A stretch of 64,000 nt of DNA, taken from assembly GCA_028534125.1 (NCBI GenBank), contig CM052817.1, positions 97,838,001 through 97,902,000 on the forward strand, in the 5' to 3' direction. Position numbers and translations under genes: made by a program. Below the pieces are notes generated by a model. The model was not told where the DNA came from. It did not search any database and worked only from the letters and a program-made list of their open reading frames with translations. The DNA is from Lama glama (lineage: Eukaryota). Below are positions 60,396-64,000 of the stretch, piece after piece; positions within the stretch are counted from its first letter, which is position 1, and the number at the start of each line of letters is the position of its first letter.

Positions 60396-61814
60396 AAATC
60401 ATTATGACAGTTTTCAAGGCCAATAATGTATTCTTCTAGTGGTTCCGTGTCATCCTACCATCATATACCTTTTGTTCAACTTATTATGTCCTTTCTGCCT
60501 ATATATAGTTTTATAACTGCTAGAAAGTTATGCTGTGGTTAACACACTTGTTCAGATATATTTATTATTTAGATAGGTATTATTTAATGGCTATTATTAT
60601 TTCTGTGTTATATATATACTTACTTTATATCAATAGTATATATTTACATGTGCATTAGAAAAAAATGACATAGGTCATTTATATTTTTACTTCTGATGTA
60701 CTTTACATGTTTTTTTTCCTTTTAATACATATTATCAGAAAAGTTTCCAAAACGATTTATAGAAATTCACAATCCCACCAAAATGAGAGTGCCTTTTCCC
60801 CCTCATCCTTCATCAGCACTGAATTTAATCACTCTTTTAATTATTTCATCAATCTGTAACATTAAACATGTCATCTTGTTTTATTTTAGATTGTATTTCT
60901 CTGTAATTTAGTGAGGTTGAGCATCTTTTCACACATTTATTGGCGCTTTACCACTCTTACTTGCTAATTGTTCTTATCCATTTCATAAAGCAACAGAGCT
61001 GGGTACCTAGGGTCTTAATAAATACTGGTTGAATGAATAATTAAAACGTCTCCCTAAGCTAGAATTTTCTTTATCAATTTATAGGAACTCTTTGTCTACT
61101 GGTGGTGTTGCACATTTTTCTACTATCTGTCTTTTTTTTTTTTAGTTTCCTATTTGTCTCTTGATACTGTTTATGCCATAAATTTAAGGTCACAAGTGAT
61201 CTCTTGGTAGAGGATGAGTAAAAAGCAGATAAAAGCCATAAAACACTCCATAACTCTAGATATGTCTAATAACCATGTTGCTGCCCCATCTCCTCTCACT
61301 CACAGCATGTCTCATACTGTGTCCCCAGGATAGATGAATGATTCTAGAGCAAGGCCTCTCATGTCACCTGTGGGGCTTATTTAACTAAATCAGAGAGCAA
61401 AGCACAGGCAACAGAGCAGCTGTTTCAGCCCTACCTACAGATTGGAAAGAGGAGTGAGACTGACTATTGGTCAAAATGAGGGGAGAGCACATCTTTTAGG
61501 GTATTTAAAATGAGTAGCTAAGGAACATAACCATAACAATAATAATAATAAATATATCCTAAAATAAGTGTAATTTCTTTGCATAATGGAATAGATGATT
61601 TTTTCTCTGATAATTTAATCTCATTTATGTGGTTCTGTTCTCAAAAGAACTTAGAAAAGAAGGTAACATCAAATATTGACATTTAAGATGGCTGCTAGTT
61701 GAATTGTCTTTAGAATTCTGAATCACTTTGAGTTGAGATTTATAAAGCAATAGTGCTGTGCACATAGGCCCTCAATAAGTACTGGTTGAAGGAATAAATC
61801 AAAGTACCTCAAAA

Positions 61815-61985
61815 AATTTAGAATTTTAGAAATGGGAGGAAACTTTACACAGTCTGATTCTCTCATTTTTAAAACAAAAGACTTGAGGTCAAGGAGAGTG
61901 GGTGACTTGCTGGGGTCAGCTCATGAGTCTAGGGCAGACTCGAGAGAGAGAGAGACTCTTTGCTTTAGGAGTCTCTGCCCAGGAC
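61815..61985 (-). mobile_element. MIR SINE, antisense
   Basis: 'tctctcatttttaaaacaaaagacttgaggtcaaggagagtgggtgacttgctggggtca'. Confidence 0.7.
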
Positions 61986-62154
61986 CCTTAGTTCATTCAA
62001 GACTTAATAGAATGTCACCACTTGACTCTAACCAAGCATTGGGCAAATGGTGGAGAGAAGCTTGGCTTCACTGTGTTTAATGGGAAAAACATACCATTGC
62101 TTCTGTGATTGATTCTTTGACAATCAAGGGCCTTACTTGTTCCCAGCAACACAA

Positions 62155-62260
62155 CTCAACAGAAGAGGAAAGCTGGGCTGAGGGTGGCCAAGTGACTGGC
62201 ACAGTCACTCAGGGGCTGAGTTGGGACTTGACTGTCCACTTGTGATTCAGAGACAGCCTC
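62155..62260 (-). mobile_element. MIR fragment, antisense
   Basis: 'acagaagaggaaagctgggctgagggtggccaagtgactggcacagtcactcag'. Confidence 0.6.
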
Positions 62261-62724
62261 AGAATAAAGATGTTATCTAAGAAAACTGTGACATCTCTTA
62301 TGACATTCTTATTTTACAGTGTACTCATCATTATTATGTTTTCTGAGTTCCCTAGACTCTGTCATAGATATGACCATGGTTATCAACAATGTTCGCCTCG
62401 CATAACATGGTCAAACATCTTCCCAGGTATGAGGCTCAGTGGTGACCTCCACCCAGCTTGAACATTAACCTGAAACTATTTCTGGGCCAATAAAGTTTTT
62501 ATCCACATTATGAAATATATTGTTCCCTCTTTGCTGGTTCCACTCCTGACGTGTCTTGGATGCCTTATCTACCATTCTATCTTCATGAGCAAAGCAGTCA
62601 CGGGGTTCCTGTGCCCTATGGCCCTACTTAGAACTCCCCAGAAACTTAGACTCCTATGTGAGGAGAGGCAGCTGTAAGCACATTCTATTTTAATTCTTTA
62701 AAAGTAAATAATTTAAGTCACTTC

Positions 62725-63390
62725 CTTTTTTATTGTATTATACTGTACTGTATTGTATTGTATTGTATTGTATTGTATTGTATTGTATTGTATTTGAATA
62801 AGCAATACATTTGCATGGTTCAAAGACATTCAAAAGTAAATGAGATAGAATATAGGGAAAAATTTCCCTCCACCTTTTCTCTTTGTCAACCAGTTCTCCC
62901 TGTAGGCAGATTAAGTTTCTTATACATTCTTCCAAAGTTATTTTATACATACACAAGTGCATGTGTGTGTGTACATATATGTATACTTACGTTTATTCAC
63001 CCTTTGTGCAAAAATGATTGCATTCTATATGTGCTATTTTGTTACCTTGAGTTTTCCATTTTATACTTTATCTTGGAACTCTTTCCTTAGAAGTATGTAA
63101 AATAGTTCCTTATTTTTATTATGGCTGTAGAGTATTCCATTGTCTGGCTGTATTATAGTATGTTTAACCTGTCTGCCACTAGTGAAAACTTAGATGTTCT
63201 TTTCAACAGTTGTTATTACCAAAGAGTTGAAATAACCCTCTACATTGGTTATTTTATTTGTATGTGAAAATATATTTCAACTGGGAAAATTCCGAGCAGT
63301 AGAATCACTAGGTTATGGTATAAAGGGGATTTTTTTTTTTTGCAAGTAAGGGCACTTATTTTGATAGGTATTGCCAAATTCCCTTCATAT
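62725..63390 (-). mobile_element. Old L1 (L1ME-like) 3' end, antisense, with (TATTG)n at its tail
   Basis: Eight perfect tattg units at 62751-62790, then 'atggctgtagagtattccattgtctgg' and 'tttgataggtattgccaaatt'. Confidence 0.75.
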
Positions 63391-64000
63391 GAACATTAGT
63401 TGACTGATTACCATACAGAACCTGCTTGTCTTCTTACAGTCCTGTGAATCTAAGTACATGTGCTTTGTTGTTTTCGGTTTAGGAAGAGAATTTTTATCAA
63501 GAAAAGGGAGAATAAACTAAGAGTAATACCAGTAGCCAATATTTCCTTAACATTAGTATGTTCTAGGCATTGTTCTAAGGGCTTTACTTTGATCAGTGGG
63601 TAGATATTTCATCCACTCCTCCTTCAGTCCCCCAGACAAGAATTCTCCACATTCAGCTCAAGATATTTCCCAGTAATTATACAATAAAAAGTAAAATTTG
63701 AGGAGGGTATTTTCTTTCAATTTTTTAATCTTCAAATCTTTTTTCATTGATGGGTTGAAAGAATATGGGTTTCTTCCTTATTTACAGCCTGCTTCCTTCT
63801 TCCTTTTGGCCATCCTGCCACTTTTCTTCCTCCTAACCTTCCTCCCAGATGCAGACTTCTCTGAATACCACCACAGCACAACCCTGTGTGAAGGAACAGA
63901 TCCTCACAGCATCTCATGGATAGCATCTCTTTATTTCCACATAAAGCATGTGATGGGCTTGCTCCTACCAGAGTGTTGGGCAGCTGTTGATTTCTGTGTT

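Noticed and set aside
1..64000. A novel multi-gene biological system
   Set aside because: No intact coding genes, operon-like structure, foreign (viral, bacterial or mitochondrial) insert or RNA-gene cluster was recognisable. The window is explained mostly by ordinary mammalian repeats and non-coding DNA.

Overview
Eutherian genomic DNA, most likely from a camelid (Vicugna/Lama/Camelus). The evidence is a tRNA-Ala-derived vic-1-type SINE at 4490-4619 and the absence of any recognisable Alu, Bov-A/Bov-tA, PRE-1 or Can-SINE copy. The window is AT-rich and densely packed with repeats: LINE-1 fragments of several ages, L2, L3/CR1, MIR, MaLR/ERVL/ERV1 solo LTRs, and hAT and Tigger DNA-transposon fossils. 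It reads as intergenic or deep-intronic sequence. I recognise no intact host protein-coding exon; the only ORF-track entries with a recognisable homologue are decayed L1 ORF2 pieces. I found no convincing previously undescribed biological system. Structures seen directly in the sequence: a twin-priming L1 inversion with a perfect 16-bp TSD (7279-7512); a 31-bp hairpin whose three mismatches are all G:U-compatible (19217-19288); a cluster of inverted repeats (43.4-43.8 kb); two internally deleted or chimaeric L1s; and several nested insertions. More speculative candidates: two CpG-enriched promoter-like islands (36.4-36.8 kb and 50.6-51.0 kb) and an unassigned retrocopy-like segment (52.4-53.2 kb). 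Repeat family names come from my recall of consensus sequences, not from a search. Boundaries are approximate unless a TSD is given.
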